63,634 nucleotides of DNA, filler included, from an uncultured Methanosarcinales archaeon (GCA_964472345.1; 4 parts of 4 records of this genome joined end to end with filler, not necessarily neighbours in it), one strand, 5' to 3'. Shown: positions 27,852 through 37,613, counted from the first letter of the whole stretch. Numbers and translations: made by a program. Notes: generated by a model not told the origin, from the sequence alone.

Positions 27852-28186
27852 AAACGTGCCCGGTCTGTACTGATGGAAGAATGGTTGAAGCAGAAGATAT
27901 TGTGAGTGAGATGGATGGTTATCTCTTTGTTGTGAAAGGAATGCGCTGTACTGCCTGCGGAGAGGAACTGATTGATGAGCATGAAGGCCAGAAGATGATT
28001 ACCCTTGCGAAACGGTTCGGCGTGTGGGGCGAGCCGCTGAAACTGCACCGGAAGCTGAGTAAAAGTGCGCGCGGTACGGTGCTGCGCATTCCTGTCGATC
28101 TGGAGAAAGAGCTGCGGCTGAAGGGGAATGAAGAGGTTGCAATCTCAAAAGTTGGGAAGCGGAGGTTTTTGGTGGAGATGGAGTGA
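27848..28186 (+). CDS. YgiT/MqsA-type zinc finger fused to AbrB-like domain (antitoxin)
   Basis: CPVC...CTACGE; RKLSKSARGTVLRIPVDL...LKGNEEV. Confidence 0.78.
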   Translation: MKTCPVCTDGRMVEAEDIVSEMDGYLFVVKGMRCTACGEELIDEHEGQKMITLAKRFGVWGEPLKLHRKLSKSARGTVLRIPVDLEKELRLKGNEEVAISKVGKRRFLVEME

Positions 28187-28342
28187 GAGGAAGGGTGAGA
28201 GTGGTGAGGGTGGTGAGGTTGGGGTGGGGTAGTCAATTTGTTATTCGCACTTCCTTTGAGTTGACCTTTTAAAATAAACCGAAGTAAGGACTAAAAATAA
28301 GATAGAAGGTGCAAGCGCGGAAGGGTTTGGGTTCTTGGGGAT

Positions 28343-28765
28343 TTAGCTCTTTCCTTTTTTGCATACGTTCCTTACAGCTCTTATAAACTTCAGAGCATCT
28401 CGCTCAAGCTCTTCCGTCAGCGCCGCAAAAACAACCCCATCATCTATTTTCCCGTACTGGTGGGCAATAATATTTCTCATGCCCTTTGCGTTCCTGAGCT
28501 TTGCGGTGAGGGCATCATCGATAATCTTATTCTCCAAAAGAACGGCAAACGCGTCGCTGTCGTCCTGTGGGATGCGCAGCTTCTTGCCTTTGATGACAAA
28601 AAATGCGAGATCGGTGGCCGCTTCAACAATCCTCTCTATGTACCGTTCGCACGCTGCTTTTTTTTCTTTGTTTGCGGTGTACTCTTCAACACTGTCCGGA
28701 ACGATTGATTGGAGCTCGTCAAGGAGTTCGTTAATTTCATCTATCTTATCGTCTATCCGTGTCAT
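28343..28765 (-). CDS. hepT: HEPN (DUF86) ribonuclease toxin
   Basis: GMRNIIAHQYGKID (Rx4HxY motif). Confidence 0.9.
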   Translation of the reverse strand: MTRIDDKIDEINELLDELQSIVPDSVEEYTANKEKKAACERYIERIVEAATDLAFFVIKGKKLRIPQDDSDAFAVLLENKIIDDALTAKLRNAKGMRNIIAHQYGKIDDGVVFAALTEELERDALKFIRAVRNVCKKGKS

Positions 28766-29376
28766 GCTGCTGCCCCAAACACGCGTTCCATTCTCATAAA
28801 ATAATCCTTATCTTTTATGTATTGGGTGGTAAACTGCACATTATCGAAGCCCGGTGATTTGTAGAGTACCCTATGGTTGCTGGCGATCTCCCTTTTTATT
28901 TTCTGCGGGAGGATATTGAACACCTGCACATCCAGCCTGTCAGGGAGCTGACCAAGCATCCGTATCCGGAATCGCGTCGCCTCACGGAGCGAGAGGCTTG
29001 CCGTAAAAACGACGCAGATATCGATATCAGATCTCAGTGTAAAAGTATGGTCTGCAAAAGAGCCAAAAAGAAGAACTGCACGAATGGTGTCCCTTAGCTT
29101 GTCGTTGAGGATAGTCCTAACTGCTTTTTCCATCAGCTCTTTATTCTCATGACCATGGGTAAGCGCAAATTCATTGTGATGGAATGCTGCATCTTTGATG
29201 AACGCCAGCTTAGGCCGGATGTCCCTGCTCAGGCGGTTTCGCTCTGATTGCGTGAGCAGCATGCCTTTGAGCTGCTTTGCGATAATCTCAAGTTCTTTTT
29301 TGCCGAATATTTTCCGCGTGCCTTGATGCGATACAAGGAATGGAAGCAGACCCCGGGCGATAATCTTATTTGACAT
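28762..29376 (-). CDS. mntA: minimal nucleotidyltransferase antitoxin with N-terminal extension
   Basis: LLFGSFA...RSDIDICV, LDVQVFNILP; palindrome aatataacc..ggttatatt upstream. Confidence 0.85.
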   Translation of the reverse strand: MSNKIIARGLLPFLVSHQGTRKIFGKKELEIIAKQLKGMLLTQSERNRLSRDIRPKLAFIKDAAFHHNEFALTHGHENKELMEKAVRTILNDKLRDTIRAVLLFGSFADHTFTLRSDIDICVVFTASLSLREATRFRIRMLGQLPDRLDVQVFNILPQKIKREIASNHRVLYKSPGFDNVQFTTQYIKDKDYFMRMERVFGAAA

Positions 29377-29501
29377 AGAAATAACCCATATTAAGGTTAT
29401 ATTTAAATATTTCTATCGGGCTGTTCAAACGAGCAGGAAAAGCTCAGGCATTCGAATGGGTCAATTCCTTTGCGTTTCAACTCGCTGGCCGTGTTGCAGG
29501 C

Positions 29502-30479
29502 TCAGTACCCCATCACTTCCTCAATCGCCTTCCCAATCCGCTTCACGCTCGGCAAATATTCGTCCTCGAGCTTGGCGAGCGGGAAGATCGTGTCAAAGCC
29601 CGTCACACGCTTCACCGGCGCTTTCAGGCTGAGCAGCGCCTTGTCAGCGATCTGCGCAGCGATCTCCGCGCCGACGCCGCAGGTCAATGGCGCCTCGTGC
29701 ACGATCACGCACCTTCCCGTCTTCTTCACCGAAGCGATGATGGTCTCCACGTCCAGTGGATACGGGCAGCGCAGGTCGATGATCTCCATGCTCACCTTGC
29801 TGCCGTATTCCTGAAACGCCTGCACGGTTGTCAGCATCATGCTTCCCCAGCTTATGATGGTTATGTCAGAGCCTTCGTTGACGACGTTCGCCTTGCCCAG
29901 CGGAATGGCATATTCTTTGCCCGGGATCTCCTCTTTCATCGCGCGGTACAGGCGCTTGGGCTCCATGAAGATGACGGGGTCGGGATCGCGGATGGCGCTC
30001 AGCAGCAGGCCGTATGCCTCGGCCGGCGACGACGGCATGGCGACCTTCAGCCCCGGCGTGTGCGCGTAGAGCGCTTCCATGCTCTCCGAGTGGTGCTCCA
30101 GCGCCTTGATGCCGCCGCCGTAGGGCATGCGCAGCACCATGGGACAGCTGTAGACGCCGCGCGAGCGCGTGCGGATGCGGGAGGCGTGCGAAATCAGCTG
30201 GTCAAAGGCGCCGTACGCAAAGCCGCTGAACTGGATCTCCGCAACGGGCCTGAGGCCGGCGATGGCCATGCCCACGCTCCCCCCGACGATGCCCAGCTCA
30301 GCGAGCGGCGTATCCAGGACGCGCTCCGGGCCGAACGCATCAAGCAGGCCCTCCGTGACGCGGAAGACGCCCCCGTCAACGCCGACGTCCTCGCCAAGGA
30401 CAATCACGCTCCTGTCGCGCTGCATCTCATAGCGCAGCGCCTGGTTGATGGCCTGCACCATGGTGAGCTGCTCTGCCAT
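29502..30479 (-). CDS. pdhB: 2-oxoacid (pyruvate) dehydrogenase E1 beta
   Basis: LGEDVGVDGGVFRVT, DTPLAELGI, EIQF, EHHSES. Confidence 0.96.
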   Translation of the reverse strand: MAEQLTMVQAINQALRYEMQRDRSVIVLGEDVGVDGGVFRVTEGLLDAFGPERVLDTPLAELGIVGGSVGMAIAGLRPVAEIQFSGFAYGAFDQLISHASRIRTRSRGVYSCPMVLRMPYGGGIKALEHHSESMEALYAHTPGLKVAMPSSPAEAYGLLLSAIRDPDPVIFMEPKRLYRAMKEEIPGKEYAIPLGKANVVNEGSDITIISWGSMMLTTVQAFQEYGSKVSMEIIDLRCPYPLDVETIIASVKKTGRCVIVHEAPLTCGVGAEIAAQIADKALLSLKAPVKRVTGFDTIFPLAKLEDEYLPSVKRIGKAIEEVMGY

Positions 30480-30483
30480 GCCC

Positions 30484-31557
30484 TTACCCTCCCTCAGACT
30501 GCCGCAGGTGCGCAAGCTGCTCACGCAAGCCAGCGGGCATCTCTTTGAATGTATACCTGAAGATGTTCTCGGGCGGCGGCTTCGGGAACTCCTCGAATTC
30601 CTTCACCGCAGCCTCGACTTCCTGCTTCAGCCTCTCCTGCAGCGCGGATTCGTCCTTCGCGGACCACCGCTTCCGCTGCTCAAGGTATTTCCGCAGGCGG
30701 CTGATGGGATCGCGCCTCTTCCATTGCTCGACTTCCGCTTCGCTGCGATACTTCTTTGCCGCGTCGCTTGTCGTGTGATCCGCAATCCGGTAGGTGAACG
30801 CCTCGATCAGCGTGGGCCCCTTGCCCGACTTTGCCTTCTTCAGCGCATCGGCGGCAGCGGCATACACCGCGAACACGTCGTTGCCGTCCACCTGGATGCC
30901 CTCAAAGCCGTAGGCGATGGCCTTCTGCGCCAGTGTCTGGGCGGCGGTCTGGTGCTCTCTCGCGACGGAAATCGCCCACTGGTTGTTCTGGCAGACAAAG
31001 ACGACGGGCGCGCGGAACACTCCGGCGAAGTTGAGCGCCTCGTGGAAATCGCCTTTGCTGGTCGCGCCGTCGCCGAAGAAGCACAGCACCGCGGCCTTCT
31101 TCTTCTGCAGCTTCAGCGCCATCCCGATTCCTGCGGCATGAAGCGTCTGGCTGCCGACGGGGATCGCGATCGGAAGCGTGAAGGGAGGCGGCCTGACATC
31201 ATGGCCGCGCTCATCGCCGCCCCAGAACTGGTAGAGCTTTGCCATGGGATGGCCGCGCAGGATCATCGCACCGCACTCGCGGAAGCTCGGGACGAGCCAG
31301 TCGTCTTTCTCCAAGGCGTACGCAGCGCCTATCTGCGCCGCTTCCTGCCCGAGAAGAGAAGCGTACGTTCCCATCCTGCCCTGGCGCTGCAGTGCGACTG
31401 CCTTTGCGTCGAACGCGCGCGAGCGCTGCATGGCCTCGTACAGCTCAAGAACCTGCCTGTCCGTGAGCGTGGGCATCAGCTTCTCATCTGCCGTGCCGTG
31501 CTCGTCGAGGATCTGCAGGTAGTCAACCTGAAATGTCGCGAGTGTCTTGCGGACCAT
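30484..31557 (-). CDS. pdhA: 2-oxoacid (pyruvate) dehydrogenase E1 alpha
   Basis: LQRQGRMG, GQEA, GDGATSKGDFHE..N (TPP motif), NNQWAIS, YRIADHTTSD. Confidence 0.96.
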   Translation of the reverse strand: MVRKTLATFQVDYLQILDEHGTADEKLMPTLTDRQVLELYEAMQRSRAFDAKAVALQRQGRMGTYASLLGQEAAQIGAAYALEKDDWLVPSFRECGAMILRGHPMAKLYQFWGGDERGHDVRPPPFTLPIAIPVGSQTLHAAGIGMALKLQKKKAAVLCFFGDGATSKGDFHEALNFAGVFRAPVVFVCQNNQWAISVAREHQTAAQTLAQKAIAYGFEGIQVDGNDVFAVYAAAADALKKAKSGKGPTLIEAFTYRIADHTTSDAAKKYRSEAEVEQWKRRDPISRLRKYLEQRKRWSAKDESALQERLKQEVEAAVKEFEEFPKPPPENIFRYTFKEMPAGLREQLAHLRQSEGG

Positions 31558-31763
31558 ACGGCTTGCTACGGGTGAACCTGCTTTATATAAATGTTTTTGT
31601 GGCTTTTCTGGCTCTGGAATGATGGGGGCTTTTTATCATAAACGGGGCCGGGTGGCGTGAAAAGACGTGCATACGGAAATGTTCCTCGAGGAATGTTTTT
31701 GCGCGGAGAGGCTCCGCTTTCTTCCGGCGAAGAGCTTCCCCTCGCGCTGTTCGGCCTTCTGTA

Positions 31764-32645
31764 TTAACCCATGTGCTGCCCGCGCCGCAGCAGGCCCTTC
31801 ATGAACAGCTCCCCCGCCCGGTACGAGCTCCGCACGAACGGTCCTGCTGCGCAGTAGAGGAACCCCAGCTGCTCCGCGAGCTGCCTGAAGTAGTCAAACT
31901 TTTCGGGATGCACATACTCCTGCAGCGCGATGTGGCGCGGGCTCGGCCGCAGGTACTGCCCCAGCGTCACGATGTCGACGCCCGCAGCGCGCAGCTCCCG
32001 CAGTGCCTCGATGACCTCATCGTCCTTCTCGCCGAAGCCCAGCATGATGCTTGACTTGGTGTAGGTCGCGGGTGAGAGACGCTTGACGGCCCGCAGCACG
32101 CCAAGGGACTGCTCGTAGCCGGCGCGGATGTCGCGCACCTTCCGCTGCAGGCTGCTGACCGTTTCAATGTTATGCGCAATCACTTCCGGCCCTGCGGCAA
32201 TGATCATCCTGATGCACTCTTCGCTGCCGCGGAAATCAGGGATAAGCACTTCAACGATGATGGAAGGGTGCTGCTTCTTTATTTCCCGGATGCAGGCGGC
32301 GAAATGGGCAGCGCCCTGATCCGGCAGGTCGTCGCGGTCGACGCTGGTGATGACGACATAGTCAAGGCCCCACTCCTTCACCGCCTGCGCAAGCTTTTTT
32401 GGCTCTTCGGGATCGATGGGCCTGCCGGCGCGCGCATGCGCAATGCTGCAGAAGCGGCACCCGCGGGTGCAGGTGTCGCCGAGGACCATGAACGTGGCGG
32501 TTCCTGACGACCAGCACTCAGGGATGTTGGGGCAGTGCGCTTCCTCGCAGACGGTGACGAGGTTGAGCCTGCGGAGCGTTTCCTTCACCTGCGGGAACTT
32601 CTCCGCCGGCGGCCGGATCTTCAGCCACGGGGGCTTGACGAGCTG
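31764..32645 (-). CDS. lipA: lipoyl synthase (5' truncated by gap)
   Basis: KPPWLK, TVCEEAHCPNIPEC, CTRGCRFC, VRSSY. Confidence 0.96.
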   Translation of the reverse strand, partial: QLVKPPWLKIRPPAEKFPQVKETLRRLNLVTVCEEAHCPNIPECWSSGTATFMVLGDTCTRGCRFCSIAHARAGRPIDPEEPKKLAQAVKEWGLDYVVITSVDRDDLPDQGAAHFAACIREIKKQHPSIIVEVLIPDFRGSEECIRMIIAAGPEVIAHNIETVSSLQRKVRDIRAGYEQSLGVLRAVKRLSPATYTKSSIMLGFGEKDDEVIEALRELRAAGVDIVTLGQYLRPSPRHIALQEYVHPEKFDYFRQLAEQLGFLYCAAGPFVRSSYRAGELFMKGLLRRGQHMG

Positions 32646-32745
32646 NNNNNNNNNNNNNNNNNNNNNNNNNNNNNNNNNNNNNNNNNNNNTTAATTAATTA
32701 ANNNNNNNNNNNNNNNNNNNNNNNNNNNNNNNNNNNNNNNNNNNN
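32646..32745. other. assembly linker (contig join)
   Basis: N-run, TTAATTAATTAA, N-run. Confidence 0.97.
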
Positions 32746-32806
32746 AAATTTCGGTGCTGGAGTATCCACATCAATGTTACGTGAATTCGGTACTATACAT
32801 TGAAAA

Positions 32807-33451
32807 TCACACATCGGCCCCCGCCAGCCGCTTGATGACTTGGTATGCCTTCAGCACGGCGTCTCCCTTCACGTAGATCAGCAATTCGGGCGTCGCGGTG
32901 AGCATCTCAAGGACGAGGACATCATTGAGGTAGAGCTCACGGCTGATGAAGGAGATGATGCCTTTGGTCTCGATCGCCTCTTCGGGAAACAGCATGCTGA
33001 TCTCGGAGATGTTCGGATAGCGGTTCCTGAGTGTGAAGCGCTTGGTGAGGTCGCTGATGATGTCCTTGCCGCCCTCGTCCATGAACAGCTTGATCGCCGA
33101 TGAGCCGACGACGATCTTGAGGGTTTCCCCCTTGTCATAGCTGACCGCATCAATAACCCTCTTGAGCTCCTGAAGCAGCTGCTTGCTTTTCTCAAAGTCG
33201 AAGAGCGTGATGCGGTCCTTGATGCGCACGTTTGCCTGCCGGAAGAGCGCCAGCGAGCCCTGCTCGTGCTTCTGAAACGGAAACCGCCGCAGCATGGCAA
33301 CAACCGCCTCAAGCTGGTTGCTTTTTGCAATGCCGTGCCTGATGAGGTAACGAGCAAGCGAGCGGCGGTTGATGAGTTTTGCCTGGTAGCACTTTTCGAT
33401 TTCCGGGCGCTGGCTGAGGAATTGCCGGAACTGTTGTTCTATTTGTGACAT
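32807..33451 (-). CDS. archaeal hypothetical protein, N-terminal HTH-like and C-terminal ACT-like domain
   Basis: LINRRSLARYL...AVVAMLRR; GIISFISRELYLNDVLVLEMLT..ELLIYV. Confidence 0.7.
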   Translation of the reverse strand: MSQIEQQFRQFLSQRPEIEKCYQAKLINRRSLARYLIRHGIAKSNQLEAVVAMLRRFPFQKHEQGSLALFRQANVRIKDRITLFDFEKSKQLLQELKRVIDAVSYDKGETLKIVVGSSAIKLFMDEGGKDIISDLTKRFTLRNRYPNISEISMLFPEEAIETKGIISFISRELYLNDVLVLEMLTATPELLIYVKGDAVLKAYQVIKRLAGADV

Positions 33452-33692
33452 TTTTAAAATAAAAGTGTCTTTTCTTTATAATATTTTCTATTTGTGGCAC
33501 AAAGTTTATCTACGGAAGCATGAATTGGTGTTGAGTGATGATCGATGATACATAACACCGTGCAAGGCGAGTGCCTTTGGCAGCGCCCTCGAAACAGTCC
33601 TTTGCAGCGCCCCTGACAGCAACGGCTTCATCCGGCTTGTCACCCATCGCTTAGGAGACCCGGAAGCGCAAGCGACACAGGACCCTGCACTC

Positions 33693-34322
33693 TTGAGGAC
33701 GCGCAGCTACCTGCTCAGCGTCCTGCACGGCGACGGAACACGACCGTACTGCCCGTTCGTCGCGCTCATCGAGAAGAGCAGTGGCTATTATGTCAGAGTC
33801 TTCAGCGAAAGGCCGGATAGTATCGATCTCGGATCTGTTGCGGAAACGTTAAGAAGCGAATTCCGTGCCATCTCTCCGGCACAAACGCACGCAGCGCAGG
33901 CAGTTGATCCAGCTGCAGCAGTCGCGGCCTTCAGCCATCCTGACAGCGGCCGGCAGGAGTTCTGCATGCGGCTGGATGCGCTCCGCGACCTGCGTCGGCA
34001 GTCATTTCTCGACGAAGGGCTGATGATCTCGCAGATGCATCCCTACCATGAGCGGGGCTCAAGAAACAATCGCAACCATGCCGATCCTGGAGCGCAGCCG
34101 CTCTACGTCGCCGGAATCCCCTTGCTCATCGTCCGCAGGATGCACCGGGAGGACGTCTGCTTCATGGGCAAGCCGGAGGAAATGGGAGCATATGGGTGGT
34201 TTTTTGGAACAGACCGTGCCATCCGTCCAACAGGAAAATGTGAAGAGGCAGATCTCAAGCAAAAAGGCGGGATGCACAACGGGTGGTCTGCTTGTTATGG
34301 AGAGCCATTCACAGTCCCCTAA
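33693..34322 (+). CDS. DUF6875-like hypothetical protein (start uncertain)
   Basis: PYCPFV, GLMISQMHP, IPLLIVRRMHRED; frame stays open upstream without an ATG. Confidence 0.55.
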   Translation: MRTRSYLLSVLHGDGTRPYCPFVALIEKSSGYYVRVFSERPDSIDLGSVAETLRSEFRAISPAQTHAAQAVDPAAAVAAFSHPDSGRQEFCMRLDALRDLRRQSFLDEGLMISQMHPYHERGSRNNRNHADPGAQPLYVAGIPLLIVRRMHREDVCFMGKPEEMGAYGWFFGTDRAIRPTGKCEEADLKQKGGMHNGWSACYGEPFTVP

Positions 34323-34323
34323 A

Positions 34324-34953
34324 ATGAACCAGCCACCTTATCGCCGTGCTCTTGTAGAAATCGTGCCGCCCGGGTCATTTTGTGTGAAGTACGCTGCGCT
34401 GCTCTATGGCGTTGCAGAAGTTACGGGCAGTGCTCCTCACAATCTGGCTGGCATTATCTGCGCGGGGCTTGCTGGCGCTGCAGCCCATTACCTTGAGAGA
34501 GTCGTCGCGTCTGTGGAATATGGGAACTTGAACCCGGGGGGTACTGGACCGGAAGGCCAATTAGAAGCTTCATTAATGGAAATAAAAACTATGGGGGAGC
34601 GTGGACCGCTGGTGCCAAGCGAACCGATGAAGAAACGCCGCCGCCCACCCTCACCAAACCATCCTTTCGTTCTCGCTAACTACGTGCGCGACCGACGAGA
34701 GGCGCTTGGCCTGACGGTAAAGAAGCTTTGCGAGCGACTCGCAGACAAGAAGCGAGGGACAACTCCTCTCGGAAGAGCGAAGAGATACAATGAGGCATGG
34801 ATCACGCATCTGGAGAATGATCATTTCGAGCGCCCGATTGGCAATGGGCAGATCGACCCTCTTCTCGAAGCGCTCGAAACAACAAGAGAAGTTTATGATG
34901 GCTTCGCACAGCAGTTTATCAGGCAACAGAGCCTAGACCCTCATCTCCCGTAA
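34324..34953 (+). CDS. hypothetical protein with hydrophobic N-terminus and XRE-like HTH
   Basis: LANYVRDRREALGLTVKKLCERL...WITHLEND. Confidence 0.55.
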   Translation: MNQPPYRRALVEIVPPGSFCVKYAALLYGVAEVTGSAPHNLAGIICAGLAGAAAHYLERVVASVEYGNLNPGGTGPEGQLEASLMEIKTMGERGPLVPSEPMKKRRRPPSPNHPFVLANYVRDRREALGLTVKKLCERLADKKRGTTPLGRAKRYNEAWITHLENDHFERPIGNGQIDPLLEALETTREVYDGFAQQFIRQQSLDPHLP

Positions 34954-35790
34954 CCTTCTCACTCGTTCGGCAGTCGGTGGGTGCGTGCTCAGCAAGGCGA
35001 GCAGCGCATTCGCGCGGAATGGATTTGAGATAAATAAATGCGCCGTGCTCGTCGTGCTCGCGTGCATCGCAAACGGATGATGCCGCACGCTTCCTGCGAT
35101 CTTCTCCAGCGCGCTCGCCAGCTGCAATGGCTGCCTTGTCAGCTTCGCTCCGCTCGCATCCGCAAGGTATTCGCGTGAGCGTGAGATGGCAAGCTGGATC
35201 AACGTCGCGACCAGCGGCGTGATGATGGCGAGCACGATCAGCTCAAGCACGTTGCCGCCGCGCTCATTGTCCCTTCCGCCAAAGCCTCCAAAGAGCGCGG
35301 CCCAGCGCGCCATCATGGCAACATAGGAAATCACGCCTGCGATGGCGGCAGCGACGCTCGAAACAAGGATGTCACGGTTCCTGACGTGGCTCAGCTCATG
35401 CCCAAGAACAGCACGAAGCTCGTCCTTGTCCAGCAGCTGCAGGATGCCGGTCGTGCACGCAACAACCGCATGCTTCGGGTTCCTCCCGGTCGCAAACGCA
35501 TTCGCCTGCGGCGTGCTGACGATGAAGACGCGCGGCTTCGGCAGTCCGGCGTGTGATGCAAGCTGCGCAACCATCTGCTCCAGCCATGCATACTCTTTTC
35601 CCGCAGGCTTCGCGCCGTACAGCATCAGCACGATCTTGTCCGAGAACCAGTAGCTCACGAAATTGATTCCCAGCGCAATAACCAAACCGATTGTCAGTCC
35701 CTGATACCCGCCGATGAGCCACCCGACGCCGAGCAGCAGGCCTGTCAGCAGGCCGAGCAGCACCGCGGTCTTGAGCTGGTTTTTAATCAT
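34933..35790 (-). CDS. htpX: zinc metalloprotease HtpX
   Basis: NAFATGRNP, VLGHELSHV, ISRSREYLADA, STHPP. Confidence 0.95.
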   Translation of the reverse strand: MIKNQLKTAVLLGLLTGLLLGVGWLIGGYQGLTIGLVIALGINFVSYWFSDKIVLMLYGAKPAGKEYAWLEQMVAQLASHAGLPKPRVFIVSTPQANAFATGRNPKHAVVACTTGILQLLDKDELRAVLGHELSHVRNRDILVSSVAAAIAGVISYVAMMARWAALFGGFGGRDNERGGNVLELIVLAIITPLVATLIQLAISRSREYLADASGAKLTRQPLQLASALEKIAGSVRHHPFAMHASTTSTAHLFISNPFRANALLALLSTHPPTAERVRRLREMRV

Positions 35791-35860
35791 ACAATCATAG
35801 ATAGCCCGAACTTTAAAAATGTTCCTTTGCTCAGGAAGAAGAAAGCACGAAACGAGCCAC

Positions 35861-36277
35861 TCAGCGTTTTGCCATTGTCACTGCCCGCGCGCATGGGCCT
35901 TCACGGTTACCCGCAGCCTTGCCATCCAGCCTGCAAAAATAAGAATATAAGCCTTCAATCTGCCGCACCGGTGTCTCCTTCAGCAGGAATTCGCGCAGGT
36001 GATTATCAACCTTCACCCCATGCCGCGTCAGGTCCTGGTGCAGGCGATGGTACAGCTTCCTCCCATGCCGGTCAAGGTCGACCAGCAGGGCAACCTCACG
36101 CTCACCGGCGGCATTTTCGACCGTCTTGTAATGCGCATCCAAAAGCGCAATGCGCCGGACGCCGAGCTTCTCGAGCGCCGCCTTGTCATTTTTCCCTTCG
36201 ACGATGACCAGCAGCTTGCGCGCAGCGGTCTCAGAAAGGTGCTTCATCAGCGCCGAGCGCAGCTCGAGGGGGCTCAC
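35861..36277 (-). CDS. TOPRIM-domain protein (RNase M5-like)
   Basis: IVEGKNDKAAL, LLVDLDRHG, RQIEGL; GTG start inferred from TATA position. Confidence 0.82.
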   Translation of the reverse strand: MSPLELRSALMKHLSETAARKLLVIVEGKNDKAALEKLGVRRIALLDAHYKTVENAAGEREVALLVDLDRHGRKLYHRLHQDLTRHGVKVDNHLREFLLKETPVRQIEGLYSYFCRLDGKAAGNREGPCARAVTMAKR

Positions 36278-36339
36278 CTGCTGCTGGGGGCGCCCGATTC
36301 TTTTAAAGCTTGCGCCGATGGCGGCCGGGGGACGGGATG

Positions 36340-36535
36340 GGCTGCATCCCAAAAAAAGCAGGCGAGCGGGCGCGGCGCCCTTTCCGCGCTGTCGCGGAGC
36401 CCCGCAGTCCGCTTCTCAGCTTCGCGCTCCTTTCGTCGCGCTTCAGGTTAAATCGCTCCTTCTGCGAAGCACGTCGGCGGGGCAAACAACGCGGCAGCGC
36501 CGGACGCCGCGCCCGCCGGATTTAGGGATGCAGCC
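36340..36535. mobile_element. MITE-like element (196 bp)
   Basis: TIR ggctgcatccc / gggatgcagcc; inner IR gcgggcgcggcg / cgccgcgcccgc; perfect 9-bp duplication gacgggatg. Confidence 0.85.
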
Positions 36536-36594
36536 GACGGGATGAAAGGATTTAAATAAAAAGAAAAAATGTAGCCGTCGAAAGAGGCCCGCTC

Positions 36595-37545
36595 ATGCTC
36601 ATCCCAAACCTACTGCTCTTCTGCGCTGCGCTCGCACTGCTCATCATCAGCGGATCATGGCTGGTCAAGAGCGGCATCAAGATCGCGAACTTCCTGCGCC
36701 TGCCGGAGTTCCTGCTCGGCTTTGTCCTGATCGCAGTCGCGACCTCGCTTCCGGAATGGTTCGTCGGCATCGCGTCTGCCCTGAGCAAGGAGCCGGAGCT
36801 TTCCCTCGGAACGGTGCTCGGCTCGAACATCGCGAACATCTGTCTGATCTTTGGCGTGGGCCTGCTCTTGGCGAAGAAAATCCGCTTCACCATAAAAGAA
36901 GCGAAGACGGACAGCATCGTGATGCTCATCACCGCCATCCTGCCGCTTGCGCTCATGATGCTCGGCAGGCAGCTCTCGCGCATTGACGGGGCGGTCCTCC
37001 TCTTCATTTTCTTCGCCTATTATATGTATGTGATTCGCCAGCGAAAGCGCTACCACAAGCGCTCCCATGAGCAGGTCAGCAGGGCTGCGGCGATCCTGTC
37101 CTCGTTCATCTTCATCGCAAGCATGGTGCTGCTCTTCTTCAGCGCACGCTGGACCGTCGAGTCCGGGACTGCTCTTGCGACTGAGCTCCAGCTCCCCCCG
37201 CTGCTGATAGGCCTGTTTTTTGTTGCCATCGGCACGTCACTTCCCGAGCTGGTTGTGACGATCCATGCTATGCTGAGGCACGAAACGGACATCGGCATTG
37301 GCAACATCATCGGCTCGAACATCACCAATGTCGCGCTCGTGCTTGGAACGACAGCGCTGCTTGCCCCCATCCCGATTGACTCGCTGTTCTTCGTCAGCAG
37401 CGCGCTCTATGTCATTGTCGTCAGCCTGGTCTTTACCGCGTTCCTCGAGTCCGGCCGCCTGACATGGCTGAGCGGCCTTGCCCTGATCATGCTCTATATC
37501 TTCTTCCTCTTCCTCGAAGTCGTCATCAAGGCCATTCCGATATGA
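36595..37545 (+). CDS. calcium/sodium antiporter (CaCA family)
   Basis: Two alpha repeats: ATSLPE..GSNIAN and GTSLPE..GSNITN; multiple TM segments. Confidence 0.92.
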   Translation: MLIPNLLLFCAALALLIISGSWLVKSGIKIANFLRLPEFLLGFVLIAVATSLPEWFVGIASALSKEPELSLGTVLGSNIANICLIFGVGLLLAKKIRFTIKEAKTDSIVMLITAILPLALMMLGRQLSRIDGAVLLFIFFAYYMYVIRQRKRYHKRSHEQVSRAAAILSSFIFIASMVLLFFSARWTVESGTALATELQLPPLLIGLFFVAIGTSLPELVVTIHAMLRHETDIGIGNIIGSNITNVALVLGTTALLAPIPIDSLFFVSSALYVIVVSLVFTAFLESGRLTWLSGLALIMLYIFFLFLEVVIKAIPI

Positions 37546-37613
37546 TGTGGTGAATGAGATGCGGCCGGTAAGGAAACCAAACGATTTTAAACCGGAAGCG
37601 CCCTGACGCAGGA

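Noticed and set aside
28187..28232. G-rich ggtgag/ggggt repeats after the zinc-finger gene
   Set aside because: Short low-complexity tract with no spacers; not a CRISPR array, and no function can be supported.
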